Of a stretch of 61,734 nucleotides of DNA, positions 1 to 9,578 are shown one piece after another. The notes beneath the pieces are model-generated. The model did not search any database. It worked only from the letters and a program-made list of their open reading frames with translations, and was not told where the DNA came from. The number at the start of each line of letters is the position of its first letter. The first letter of the stretch is position 1. The stretch lies in the IMG/VR virus record IMGVR_UViG_3300022074_000037, positions 1 through 61,734 of that record. One strand, 5' to 3'. The stretch comes from a virus. Its lineage: Duplodnaviria > Caudoviricetes. Made by a program: the position numbers and the translations under genes.

Positions 1-383
1 TGAGATTTGTTATTGGTTCAACTGCTACAACCGACTTGACTGCTGGTTCATCTGCACAAACTATTACTGTAGAAATCACTTATGACGAACAAGTAACAGT
101 TGCAGGCAACCCAACAGTTGCAGTTGCTAACGGTAACGAAGGAACAGGTTCAGGCAGAGGCCCATACACATTGGTCTACACTGGAACAGGTTCTACTGCA
201 AACAGACTTAGATTCACTCTTGCGTCACAGACAATCGCTGCAGATGACGTATTGACACTTGGTGGTTCTAACATTGCACTTGCTGGTGGTACAATTTCAG
301 ATACAGTACGAGGCGGTACTAACCAAGCTGCTTCATTAGTACTTTCTGGTCTGACTGCCGTAACGCATACAGTACTTGCATAA
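1..383 (+). CDS. 5'-truncated virion structural protein (C-terminal beta-rich domain)
   Basis: Open frame to stop at 383; Thr/Gly/Ala-rich; late-gene context. Confidence 0.55.
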   Translation, partial: RFVIGSTATTDLTAGSSAQTITVEITYDEQVTVAGNPTVAVANGNEGTGSGRGPYTLVYTGTGSTANRLRFTLASQTIAADDVLTLGGSNIALAGGTISDTVRGGTNQAASLVLSGLTAVTHTVLA

Positions 384-417
384 GTAATTATATAATTTTA
401 AATCATGGAGATATAAT

Positions 418-687
418 ATGTCAGCATTGACTGAAACTGAAATTAATATTAGAAAACAGACGTTGGATGCAGAACTTGCTCAACACAAGTCTGCACTCAA
501 CAAACTGGAACAGGACAAACAGAATATCACTGCACAGATTTATGCTGTCAGTGGTGCAATTCAACAGTGTGACTTGTTCCTACAACAACTTAATGGTGGT
601 AACGACAAAGATGTTACCAGTAGCATTCCATCTGAACCCAAGAAGAAAAAGGGTTCAAACGATGTCGCCGCAGCGGTGATGAGTTGA
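418..687 (+). CDS. hypothetical coiled-coil protein
   Basis: GGAG RBS, 89 aa ORF. Confidence 0.7.
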   Translation: MSALTETEINIRKQTLDAELAQHKSALNKLEQDKQNITAQIYAVSGAIQQCDLFLQQLNGGNDKDVTSSIPSEPKKKKGSNDVAAAVMS

Positions 688-707
688 TGGTTTATAGGAG
701 AAAATAA

Positions 708-1187
708 ATGGCCGATAAGAAAATTACAGCGTTATCAGATTTAGGTAATGGAATTGCATCTGAGGATTTACTTCATGTAATTGATGACCCATCTGGTACG
801 CCAGTTAACAAAAAGATTAGTGTTGCGAATCTGTTCAATAACATTCCAACCTACATTGCGTTGGATGGTACTGCACAGTCTATTACAGGCAGTACAGCGC
901 CAAATACAACCACTTCAATTTCACTCGTAGACTTGAGTGGAGTTTCTTCAAGTACAACTGCAACTGGAACTTTAGGTGACGGTACAAATGGTCAAGTCAA
1001 GATTATTGTCATGACTACAGCACCATCAACAAGTTCCACATATAACTTGACAGTAACAAATTGGGGTAGTACTGGAACTGGTACTAATCAAGTGCGATTA
1101 AATGCAATTGGTGAATCTGCAACTCTGTTATTTACTAACAGTAAGTGGTATGCAATTGCAAGTAATGGTGCTGGTGTAATTAACTAA
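708..1187 (+). CDS. putative virion structural/fibre protein
   Basis: AGGAG RBS; N-terminal MADKKITAL; C-terminal domain resembles the C-terminus of 60587..61540. Confidence 0.6.
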   Translation: MADKKITALSDLGNGIASEDLLHVIDDPSGTPVNKKISVANLFNNIPTYIALDGTAQSITGSTAPNTTTSISLVDLSGVSSSTTATGTLGDGTNGQVKIIVMTTAPSTSSTYNLTVTNWGSTGTGTNQVRLNAIGESATLLFTNSKWYAIASNGAGVIN

Positions 1188-1197
1188 GGAGTAAATT

Positions 1198-1377
1198 ATG
1201 GAAGCAGTAAGATATGGAGCCGGTGGCGTACCTATGGTTAACCAAGAAAAAAGAGTTGAACCTGTTGCAAAACCAGCAAAAACTAAAAAGAAACAAGAGA
1301 CTCTTCAAGAGATTCTTGAAGTTAATCCAAACGAAGATGATGGATTTGACGAAGAAGTAACAGGGGAAAAAGAATGA
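1198..1377 (+). CDS. small hypothetical protein (59 aa, not in ORF track)
   Basis: AAGGAG RBS; MEAVRYGAGGVPMV...; ATGA overlap with the next gene. Confidence 0.7.
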   Translation: MEAVRYGAGGVPMVNQEKRVEPVAKPAKTKKKQETLQEILEVNPNEDDGFDEEVTGEKE

Positions 1378-1781
1378 AAACCTTTAAACAATATATGAAA
1401 GAAGCCCCCCATCCAGCAGACGGTGATAACCCTGTTGATGGTGACATGATGTTGGGTGACTTGTCCAGCGATGCAGTAGTCGAAAGATTGAATGCATTTG
1501 TTGGTGCGATTGCAGATAGAGAATATCTCAATCCAGAAAAAGCAGTCGCAGAGATGAGACAAAAACTCATGAGAGTGGGCATTCATTTTGGTGACGTTCA
1601 GTTTACTGAAGGGAGTGGAGAGATTTCTGTTCCTCTTATTCAGTATGGTGGTGCATTTGGTAAAAGTGCAGAGACACCAATTGATGAGTTTGATGACCAA
1701 CAAGAGAGTGGAAGGTCATTGAATTTTGTGTACGAAAGAACAGGTGGGGGAACGCATAGAATTTTAGCAAAGATTATGTAA
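1374..1781 (+). CDS. hypothetical protein with T4-type capsid-targeting-like N-terminus
   Basis: Begins MKTFKQYMKE. Confidence 0.7.
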   Translation: MKTFKQYMKEAPHPADGDNPVDGDMMLGDLSSDAVVERLNAFVGAIADREYLNPEKAVAEMRQKLMRVGIHFGDVQFTEGSGEISVPLIQYGGAFGKSAETPIDEFDDQQESGRSLNFVYERTGGGTHRILAKIM

Positions 1782-1782
1782 T

Positions 1783-2145
1783 ATGTTTGAGAAAATAACC
1801 AATGAGAATGTGATGTTGTTTGCACTGAAACATTACGACAATCCACAGTGCGAAGGCGAGAAAGAATTTCATGATGATATGAAGAGGTTCAAGTATATAA
1901 AGAGATTACTCAAAAAATATACAGACCACGGAGTATTAAAAGAACGGTTATTACTTAATCACATAATTGTGTTAAATAATGTGTTCGGGCCAGATGCTAC
2001 ATCGACACTCTTGTTATTCAAGATTGAACCGAAGTACTGGTCACAGTTAAAGTCTTTCATGAGTTTTTTGGGTATACTCCCAGAACAAGAACTTTTAGAT
2101 GTACACGAAGATTTATATGTGTCAGGCGTTTTAAGGAAACTATAA
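1783..2145 (+). CDS. conserved T4-like phage hypothetical protein
   Basis: YDNPQC...DDMKRFKYIKRLL...ERLLLNHII, recalled from marine T4-like phages. Confidence 0.7.
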   Translation: MFEKITNENVMLFALKHYDNPQCEGEKEFHDDMKRFKYIKRLLKKYTDHGVLKERLLLNHIIVLNNVFGPDATSTLLLFKIEPKYWSQLKSFMSFLGILPEQELLDVHEDLYVSGVLRKL

Positions 2146-2783
2146 TGGGTAGAGCGATAGATTTATTTGTAACGTATAGGTTTATTAAGTTACTTGTGAC
2201 TCCGTTTGAAAAGACGGAGGCGTATAAACTTGGTGTTATTGATGAAAAAGGTAATCGTATTCTGGAGCCAGGTACGAACAAACCCACAATACTAAGAACA
2301 ATTGATGAGAAGAATTCATATACTGTTCTACACAAATTAGTTTTCAACATTAAAAAGTTGTTTGCAAAGGTGCCCGGCCTGCGTACTAAGGTTGGTACAT
2401 ATGCATCTGCATTGTTTTTATTGAAAGATACTTTCAAAGAAGAAGTTGATGACCCCCAGATGTTTGAAAAAGAATTCCTCAAGTATCTAAAAGAAAATGG
2501 ATATGAACTTGACGATACTATTGTAGAAGAGGTAACACTAGAGGATGGTAAGTTACCAAAAGGTATATATAAATTAACACAGGATATTGCATTTGATGAG
2601 GAAGATGCAAATACGCCAGACGCATTAGAAGGTGATGAGGTACAAGCATTTGAAGCAATCGCACCAACTGATACTATCTTAGGAGTAGATGTATTCCCTG
2701 TAATTCATATGCCAACACAGAGTAAAATCTTTGTCAGTGCAGAGGATATCAAAGAAGTAGGAATCGAGGATTTAGAACTATGA
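2145..2783 (+). CDS. conserved T4-like phage hypothetical protein
   Basis: YRFIKLLVTPF..TEAYKLGVIDEKG motif; translationally coupled. Confidence 0.7.
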   Translation: MGRAIDLFVTYRFIKLLVTPFEKTEAYKLGVIDEKGNRILEPGTNKPTILRTIDEKNSYTVLHKLVFNIKKLFAKVPGLRTKVGTYASALFLLKDTFKEEVDDPQMFEKEFLKYLKENGYELDDTIVEEVTLEDGKLPKGIYKLTQDIAFDEEDANTPDALEGDEVQAFEAIAPTDTILGVDVFPVIHMPTQSKIFVSAEDIKEVGIEDLEL

Positions 2784-3286
2784 GTTTAAAATTTCAAGAC
2801 ATCATGAAAAATTTCTACAATGATGAGACATTGGGCATTAAGACAGAAGATGCCCCGGCCATGAACACTGGTGCAGTCGCTGGTGCTGGTGATGATGCCT
2901 CAACGGTTGTAGTCAAAAAGAAAAAGAAAAATATGTACGATGGTCGTACTAAAGAAGCAAGGTCGTTCTTAAAACGAATGGAAACGCTTCGTGCAAAGAG
3001 AGAATCTAAAATTGCAAAGACAGTAAAAGAGAATACTGAGAACTTTGGAGTTGAGTATCTTCTTGCAGAGGATAATGTTGCAATCTTACAGAACATCGTC
3101 AAAAGAAAACAGAACAACAAAATCAAGATGAAGGATGGTACAATGCGTATTGACCTTTTCACTGCATCTGCATTGACGCAGGCTCTTGACCAAGTTAAAC
3201 CAGACACCAAAAAGAAAATGATGGATATCATTAACAAAGGTGGTAAATCACAATTGATGAAACTGGTATCTGTAGTTATGAAGTAA
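2780..3286 (+). CDS. hypothetical protein
   Basis: ATGA overlap, 168 aa. Confidence 0.7.
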   Translation: MSLKFQDIMKNFYNDETLGIKTEDAPAMNTGAVAGAGDDASTVVVKKKKKNMYDGRTKEARSFLKRMETLRAKRESKIAKTVKENTENFGVEYLLAEDNVAILQNIVKRKQNNKIKMKDGTMRIDLFTASALTQALDQVKPDTKKKMMDIINKGGKSQLMKLVSVVMK

Positions 3287-3290
3287 TGTC

Positions 3291-3785
3291 ATGCGCTCGT
3301 TTAGAGAAGTTGCATACAATTTTCAGAAACCAATTGCAGACCTAAATGCGAATGCAGTAACGGCTGGTCTTGGCACTATGAATCCAATCGTTGACCTTCA
3401 GGCTCAGAAGGAAATCACTAAATCCGATTTAGACCAACTAGAGAAGTACGCAGACAGATTGTTTGGTGCCGTTGGTATTGATGTCGAATTCACCAAACAT
3501 TTCCTCGACAGGGTGAATGACGAAAGAAATAGAAAACAAATTACTACTGCCGAACTTACTAGATTATTCAAACAATCTTTCAAGAAGTACGGTAAAAAAA
3601 TAGCACAACTTGGGCCTGATGCCGAAGCGGTGTTAAACGATATGCGAACAGATGTGAATATGCCGTTCGCATTAAATCTCAAGGGTGGTGAGTTAGAACT
3701 TGTTGCGAAAACAATTATGCGTAAGAAGGACTTTAAAACTCGTAATACAAAACTTGCCTTTGAGCAATATAGGAGACTAACATGA
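3291..3785 (+). CDS. hypothetical protein
   Basis: 164 aa ORF in operon; FTKHFLDRVND...KTIMRK motif. Confidence 0.7.
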   Translation: MRSFREVAYNFQKPIADLNANAVTAGLGTMNPIVDLQAQKEITKSDLDQLEKYADRLFGAVGIDVEFTKHFLDRVNDERNRKQITTAELTRLFKQSFKKYGKKIAQLGPDAEAVLNDMRTDVNMPFALNLKGGELELVAKTIMRKKDFKTRNTKLAFEQYRRLT

Positions 3786-3943
3786 TTAATTGGATTAAAA
3801 ACAGAGTAGGTGAAAGAACATCTTGGGATGGTGCGGTATGCATTGGACTAGGACTTATGATTCTTTTTATGGCTCCACTCGCAAAGATTGCTGCTGGTAT
3901 TGCAATCGCATGGGGTGTGTGGACAATTTGGAAATCTGAGTAG
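3782..3943 (+). CDS. small two-TM membrane protein, holin candidate (53 aa, not in ORF track)
   Basis: AGGAG RBS; MINWIKNRVGERTSWDG then two hydrophobic segments; upstream of spanins. Confidence 0.6.
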   Translation: MINWIKNRVGERTSWDGAVCIGLGLMILFMAPLAKIAAGIAIAWGVWTIWKSE

Positions 3944-3954
3944 GAGAATATAAA

Positions 3955-4305
3955 ATGAATATGAAGTTTGGTATTGGCGTGGTTATTGCAATTGTATTGC
4001 AAGTATCTGCTTTTGTTTGGTGGACTGCACAACAGGCACAAACAATCGAAACATTAAAAGGTGAAGTGAATGAACTGACAGCAAAATCAGCAGTTGCAAA
4101 CGAAATCAATATTCAACGTGATATTGAAGACTTAAAAGAAATCATTGCAAAACACGAACAATGGATTGAAGAGAACCATTGGGATATTGCAGATTTAATT
4201 TACTTTGCAACATTTACTGAAAATAGATGGTCAGATACATATGCAACTGACCCATCATATGAGAGGAAATTTGGAACTAAAAATCCAATGTTACAAACAA
4301 AATGA
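3955..4305 (+). CDS. membrane-anchored coiled-coil protein
   Basis: AGGAG RBS; N-terminal TM. Confidence 0.7.
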   Translation: MNMKFGIGVVIAIVLQVSAFVWWTAQQAQTIETLKGEVNELTAKSAVANEINIQRDIEDLKEIIAKHEQWIEENHWDIADLIYFATFTENRWSDTYATDPSYERKFGTKNPMLQTK

Positions 4306-4691
4306 TTAGACTATATGCAATCATATTCATAGTCGCATTACTTGGCGGTGCAGCTTACGCCGCCAAGTATTATTACGACACAACACAGGCAACCATTGCA
4401 CAGTTGCGTGAGAACAACGCAAAGTTAGAGGTTGCAAACGAAGAAAACCAAGCAACAATTAAACAGTTGGGTGAAGATGCGAAAAGATTAAACGCACTCA
4501 CTGACCAACTTAATACTGACTTGCGAAAGGCGGAGGCCTACGGAGATGAACTCCGAAATACTCTAAATAAACATAATTTAACCCATCTCGCAAATAAGAA
4601 GCCTGGGTTGATTGAGAAGAGGATGCAGAATGCGACAGATAAACTATGGGGTGACCTTGAGTCTGTTACTGGCGACAACACTACTGATTAG
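4302..4691 (+). CDS. i-spanin (Rz-like)
   Basis: N-terminal TM plus coiled coil; 3' end overlaps a lipoprotein gene. Confidence 0.65.
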   Translation: MIRLYAIIFIVALLGGAAYAAKYYYDTTQATIAQLRENNAKLEVANEENQATIKQLGEDAKRLNALTDQLNTDLRKAEAYGDELRNTLNKHNLTHLANKKPGLIEKRMQNATDKLWGDLESVTGDNTTD

Positions 4692-5037
4692 TGGTTGTTC
4701 TAGTTTCTATAAACCAGAAAAAGAAGTTGTTACTATAACAAAGTTAATTGAGAGACAGATACCAACTGTTCCTCATCCTAAACAGGTACAGATGAATGAT
4801 ATTCGTATTTACGTTGTATCACCAACTGAGAACTTTGAAGAATTTAAAAAAGAATTTGAGGCCAAGAATGGTGCAGATTCATACATTGCAATTTCTATAA
4901 AAGATTATGAAAATCTGTCTAAGAATTTTGCAGAACTGAGAAGGTATATTGAACAACAAAAACAAATTATCCTCTACTACGAGGAAGCGGTCAAACCGCA
5001 ACAAAAGGAAGAAGATGACGGAGACATTTCCAAGTAA
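4630..5037 (+). CDS. o-spanin (Rz1-like) lipoprotein
   Basis: Lipobox LISG-C; starts inside the i-spanin gene in another frame; GAGG RBS before ATG 4630. Confidence 0.65.
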   Translation: MRQINYGVTLSLLLATTLLISGCSSFYKPEKEVVTITKLIERQIPTVPHPKQVQMNDIRIYVVSPTENFEEFKKEFEAKNGADSYIAISIKDYENLSKNFAELRRYIEQQKQIILYYEEAVKPQQKEEDDGDISK

Positions 5038-5761
5038 ACCATATTTGATGGCGACACTATCTGGCGCCGCATATAAAACACCCAAACAGGCAGAAAAGAC
5101 TTTCAAGAAGTATGGGTATGGTAACTATCGTTTTATTGATAACGATGGTGCTCAATGTTATGTGATATGGAATAAAAAATACGCAATCGTAATTTTTAGG
5201 GGTACTGAACCTAAAGAGTTTTCTGATATTAAAGCAGACTTGAACGCACTACAGTCAAAGAGTAGGACTCGTGGAGATGTTCATGCTGGGTTTAAGAATG
5301 AGATAAACAAGATATGGGATGATTTATCATTCACACTTGCAGACTTATCTGGACATGAGATTTTTATTACAGGACATTCACTTGGTGCCGCCATGGCAAC
5401 TATCTGTGCGTCTAGGTTGAACAGAGATTTCAATATCAGTTGTCTATATACATTTGGTTCACCTAGAGTTGGTGATAAAAGATGGGTGAGAAACCTAAAC
5501 ATTTCACACTATCGTGTCGTTAATAATAATGACATTGTTTGTAAAGTGCCATTCTGGTTAATGGGTTACAGACATCACGGCGTTGAATGTTATATTAACC
5601 ACTATGGTAATGTTCGTAGAATGACATGGTGGCAAAGATTTAAAGACCAATGGAGAGGTCGTAAGGCCGCATGGAAAAACAAACAACCATTTGATGGTGT
5701 TCGTGACCATGACATTGTTGCATATGCAAAGAAGATGAAAAATGTGGTTCTGGGCAATTAG
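5015..5761 (+). CDS. class 3 lipase (alpha/beta hydrolase)
   Basis: FRGT, VHAGF, TGHSLGAA nucleophile elbow, TFGSPRVG, DIV, C-terminal DH. Confidence 0.9.
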   Translation: MTETFPSKPYLMATLSGAAYKTPKQAEKTFKKYGYGNYRFIDNDGAQCYVIWNKKYAIVIFRGTEPKEFSDIKADLNALQSKSRTRGDVHAGFKNEINKIWDDLSFTLADLSGHEIFITGHSLGAAMATICASRLNRDFNISCLYTFGSPRVGDKRWVRNLNISHYRVVNNNDIVCKVPFWLMGYRHHGVECYINHYGNVRRMTWWQRFKDQWRGRKAAWKNKQPFDGVRDHDIVAYAKKMKNVVLGN

Positions 5762-5999
5762 TGCAATAGCAGGGTCTATCCTTGGGTCGGCCTCCTCGGC
5801 GTGGTTTGAAAAAACTGCAATGGGTAGATGGTTTTATAAAAAGATAGACGGTTTGTACAACTGGGCTGCAAAGCGTTATGGACTAGAGATATTAAAGTCT
5901 GAAGACAAATGGAGAAAGAAGTATCCAAATGTCTCAAAGAAAATGGATGACCTTGAGAGTAGAATCCAAGAATTAGAGAAATGGTTTGTTGACAAATAG
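5742..5999 (+). CDS. hypothetical membrane-associated protein
   Basis: Hydrophobic N-terminus; overlaps the lipase stop. Confidence 0.65.
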   Translation: MWFWAISAIAGSILGSASSAWFEKTAMGRWFYKKIDGLYNWAAKRYGLEILKSEDKWRKKYPNVSKKMDDLESRIQELEKWFVDK

Positions 6000-6078
6000 C
6001 ACAGTCAAATTAATTTGTTTGTCAAAAGATTGACACTGCATAAATAGTAGTGTCGCAAATCGACAACGAGAGAGATAT

Positions 6079-6627
6079 ATGACTAGATACATTTTTATTT
6101 TATTTGGTGTGTTGTTTTTCGCAACGAATTCATATGCACAAACCACAAGTGTGGAAACAACTACTAATAGTAAATCTGATGTTACTACATCAGGCAAGAC
6201 AATTGTTATATCCCCACCACCATCTGCGATTTCGCCAAGTATTGGTTCTTCATCTTCAGACCTTTGTACTACAGGGGTTTCTGGTGCAGTCCAAACACAA
6301 ATTCTTGGTGTCTCTACAGGTGAAATGGTAAGGGATGAAAATTGTGAACGTCTAAAGATTTCAAAGACACTCTATGATATGGGCATGAAAGTGGCCGCAG
6401 TATCAGTCCTATGTCAAGACCGTAGAGTTTATGACGCAATGGAAATGGCAGGCACACCTTGCCCGTTCTTGGGTAAAATCGGTGAGCAGGCAACCGATGA
6501 GTGGAAAAGTAATCCAGACAGAATTCCACCTGTCGAAATAATAGAGAAAAAATCAGATGTTCAAAAAAGAAACGCTACTATCGGCGCTACTGTTGGTAGT
6601 CTTGCTTTGCTTCTCCTCTTACTCTAA
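6079..6627 (+). CDS. exported Cys-containing protein with C-terminal anchor
   Basis: Signal peptide, several Cys, hydrophobic C-terminus. Confidence 0.75.
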   Translation: MTRYIFILFGVLFFATNSYAQTTSVETTTNSKSDVTTSGKTIVISPPPSAISPSIGSSSSDLCTTGVSGAVQTQILGVSTGEMVRDENCERLKISKTLYDMGMKVAAVSVLCQDRRVYDAMEMAGTPCPFLGKIGEQATDEWKSNPDRIPPVEIIEKKSDVQKRNATIGATVGSLALLLLLL

Positions 6628-8545
6628 CGCACAAGTAACTTGTTCAACAGACGGTACTACTAATCCATTAGCAGGCAATGGCACCTGTCTAGACCCCAAC
6701 GATAATACTGTTCAACAAATTATAGACCAAGGTGATTTTGGCACAGGTAGTCATAGCACTGGAAGTTCTCATAATCAGATGTATCAGATGACGGACAGAA
6801 GAACTGGTGCAGTTTTGTCTACTGATTACATTATGCACTTCTCGTATACTGACGATACATGGATAACCAATCTGGCTATCAATCAAGCGTTAGTTGGTGC
6901 TGGGTTTGATATTGCTGGTTACATAACAGAATGGGAATGGAAAAATGAAACCACGAATACAATAAATGGTGCTTGTACAGCAACAAAAGTAAACGGTGAT
7001 TGTTTAGATGATTTAGTAATCACTGTCGATGCATTTGCTTCTGGTACTAACATTTATTCTGAAGAGTGGGATTACAGTCAAACAAAATCAAATGGATATA
7101 CGGTTGAGGAAGTATTAAGTTTTGCTCCATTAGCATTAGTGCCAGGCGTAACTATTGACCAAATTGAAGTAACTATCCGAGGCAAAGACAATGGTTATTG
7201 GCAAGGTATGCACGGCCCAAAGGTGAAGAACTTTACTGGTAGTGTAGTTCTTATGCCAGATACCTGTACACTCAATGGAGCGCTATCTGATGCCTCCTGT
7301 CCTGGCTATGCAAATGCGTTGTTTCAACAACAATGCACTTCCAATCCATTATTTGACCCATCTTGTTCAGGCTATGCGGCTGCATACTTGACACAACAGT
7401 GTTCTGCAAATCCTTTGTATGACCCTGCCTGTCCTGGCTATGCAAACGCATATTACAATCAACAATGTCAACTCAATCCACTATATGATAGTGGATGTAC
7501 AGGATACAAGACCGCATATTACAATCAACAATGTCAACTTGACCCACTATATGATAGTGGGTGTACAGGGTATAAGACTGCATACTTCAATCAACAATGT
7601 TCGCTAGACCCCCTCTATGACCCATCATGCCCCGGCTATGCGTCAGCAAACCTTGCAAAACAATGTGACTATGACCCACTATATTCGGTGGAGTGTACTG
7701 GATACCAACAAGCATATCTAGAACAACAATGTGAATTAGATTCATTATATGACGTACAATGTCCAGACTATCAAACCGCAATAGAACTTACAAAGATTGT
7801 TGACAATGGTAGGACAGATGACCCTACAATTATAAACAATGAAATAGATGTTACTACAACAACTGAAATTGAAGGTTTACCAAATGTATTGACGTTACCA
7901 GATGTACAGACAGTTGTGGTTGAAGAGATTGATGACGGTGAAGGTTTTCAAGAAGTCGAAGATAATATCAGAGGTGACCAACTTGCAATGGAAGATGACA
8001 TCGAAAAAGAAATTGAAGAACTAGAAGGTCAAACTGGTAATACTGCAATGGATGATGACATTGAGAAAGAACTTGCAGAAGTAGAGAATGAAGCAAGCTC
8101 TGGTGATGGTAACACAAACCAAGAGGACGATATTGAGAAAGAACTTGCAGAGTTAAAAGAAAATACATCTGAAGATGAAGACTTTCAAGACCCAACTAAA
8201 AAGACTGTTGTAGATAAATCATCAGAACAAAAGATTGGAAAGAAGAAAGTAGTAGAGAAGAAGTCAACTAAGAACGACAAGATAAGAATGTTGTTGGCCC
8301 AGAAGGCGATTGAGTTGACAAAGAAGATTGAACAAGAAACGAATTTGGAAAACCAAATGTTAGTACAACGTCAACTCCTTGCACTGATTTCGTATGTGCC
8401 TGGATTTGACTATGCAGAAAAGAAGAACAAGGATAATGATTTCTATCCAGACAAACCAACTGTAGACCATGCGTTTGCAAGATGGTTTTTGAATGACCCC
8501 AATTTCGACACGATGGAAAACTTACAATATCCAAACTTAAACTAG
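6557..8545 (+). CDS. large exported protein with 22-aa Cys repeats and an acidic region
   Basis: Signal peptide; 8 copies of C-x2-(N/D)PLYDxxCxGY; EDDIEKE repeats. Confidence 0.8.
   Translation: MFKKETLLSALLLVVLLCFSSYSNAQVTCSTDGTTNPLAGNGTCLDPNDNTVQQIIDQGDFGTGSHSTGSSHNQMYQMTDRRTGAVLSTDYIMHFSYTDDTWITNLAINQALVGAGFDIAGYITEWEWKNETTNTINGACTATKVNGDCLDDLVITVDAFASGTNIYSEEWDYSQTKSNGYTVEEVLSFAPLALVPGVTIDQIEVTIRGKDNGYWQGMHGPKVKNFTGSVVLMPDTCTLNGALSDASCPGYANALFQQQCTSNPLFDPSCSGYAAAYLTQQCSANPLYDPACPGYANAYYNQQCQLNPLYDSGCTGYKTAYYNQQCQLDPLYDSGCTGYKTAYFNQQCSLDPLYDPSCPGYASANLAKQCDYDPLYSVECTGYQQAYLEQQCELDSLYDVQCPDYQTAIELTKIVDNGRTDDPTIINNEIDVTTTTEIEGLPNVLTLPDVQTVVVEEIDDGEGFQEVEDNIRGDQLAMEDDIEKEIEELEGQTGNTAMDDDIEKELAEVENEASSGDGNTNQEDDIEKELAELKENTSEDEDFQDPTKKTVVDKSSEQKIGKKKVVEKKSTKNDKIRMLLAQKAIELTKKIEQETNLENQMLVQRQLLALISYVPGFDYAEKKNKDNDFYPDKPTVDHAFARWFLNDPNFDTMENLQYPNLN
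7265..7780 (+). repeat. intragenic 66-bp tandem repeat (about 8 copies)
   Basis: 7451-7516 and 7517-7582 are near-identical at DNA level; 22-aa period. Confidence 0.9.
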
Positions 8546-8554
8546 GAGAGAAAA

Positions 8555-9085
8555 ATGGCTGAAGTAGAATATGGCGGAGTGAAACTTACAGGAAGTAAAT
8601 TGTTTATGATTATCCCACTGGTATCCATGTTAGGTGGTGGTCTGTGGGCAGGCTTTGAATTTTACAAAGACTACATGGACATGAAGGAACAAATACAGAG
8701 TTATGTCGCACCAGACTTATCTGAATTTGATAAAAAACTTGCAGTGTTAAGAGAAGAAATGATTGCACTTGATGAGGGTGTTGCAACTTCTGTTGATGTT
8801 ATGAGAGAAACCAAACATGACTTGAGAGAGGATTTGGTTCGTATGGAACGTATTCTTGACAAGGTTGAGAATGACATTGATGTGGTTGAAGACGAAGCAA
8901 CTTTATTAATGGACAGGACTAAGAAAGAAACCAGAGAATTAATTCTTGATGCGAACAACCGTTTCAATGATAAGATTGATGGTATGGAAGGTTATGTCAA
9001 AAGAGAACTGCAACAACTTGAAGACGAAATGAATAGTAAGTTGACTAAGGCCCTAGACAACCCACTGGCGAATCGTAAAAACTAG
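8555..9085 (+). CDS. membrane-anchored coiled-coil protein
   Basis: AGGAG RBS; TM then helical repeats. Confidence 0.75.
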   Translation: MAEVEYGGVKLTGSKLFMIIPLVSMLGGGLWAGFEFYKDYMDMKEQIQSYVAPDLSEFDKKLAVLREEMIALDEGVATSVDVMRETKHDLREDLVRMERILDKVENDIDVVEDEATLLMDRTKKETRELILDANNRFNDKIDGMEGYVKRELQQLEDEMNSKLTKALDNPLANRKN

Positions 9086-9116
9086 TTCCCATAAATATCT
9101 TCATGGGAGATATGAG

Positions 9117-9560
9117 ATGTCCGTAGAAACAGAAATTGCGCTCTTGAAAAGAGAAGTAGATGACATGAAACAGATTCATGTTCGTCTTGATACTGCTATT
9201 GAAAAGATTGCAGATGTTTCTACGTCATTGCATACTATCATGGCGGTGCATGAAGAGAAGTTAATTAGACAGGAAGAAGCATTGGACGAACAAGAGAAAA
9301 AACTTACAGAAAATATCATGGAGTTGCATTCTCGCATTACGTCCAACGCAAAGGAAACTAACAAGGCTATGGGTGATATGGAACGCCGTCTGGTTGAACA
9401 GATGAACGCTCATAGTAAGATTGAAGAGGAACACTTTCGTAAGATGCGTGAAGAATTGTCGCAGAGGGTGGGTGTTCTGGAAAAGTGGAGATGGCTCATC
9501 ATTGGTGGGTCAATCGTTATAGGGTTTATTCTTCAAAAGGTCTTGACATTCCCCATGTAA
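9117..9560 (+). CDS. coiled-coil protein with C-terminal TM
   Basis: Ends LEKWRWLIIGGSIVIGFIL; CATAAATA upstream. Confidence 0.75.
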   Translation: MSVETEIALLKREVDDMKQIHVRLDTAIEKIADVSTSLHTIMAVHEEKLIRQEEALDEQEKKLTENIMELHSRITSNAKETNKAMGDMERRLVEQMNAHSKIEEEHFRKMREELSQRVGVLEKWRWLIIGGSIVIGFILQKVLTFPM

Positions 9561-9571
9561 ATGTATATACT
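9543..9571 (+). promoter_or_regulatory. sigma70-type promoter for primase
   Basis: TTGACA-17-TATACT. Confidence 0.7.
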
Positions 9572-9578
9572 CACTTTT

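Noticed and set aside
7265-7780. 66-bp periodic repeats as a CRISPR array
   Set aside because: They are in-frame coding repeats with synonymous variation; there are no unique spacers and no cas genes
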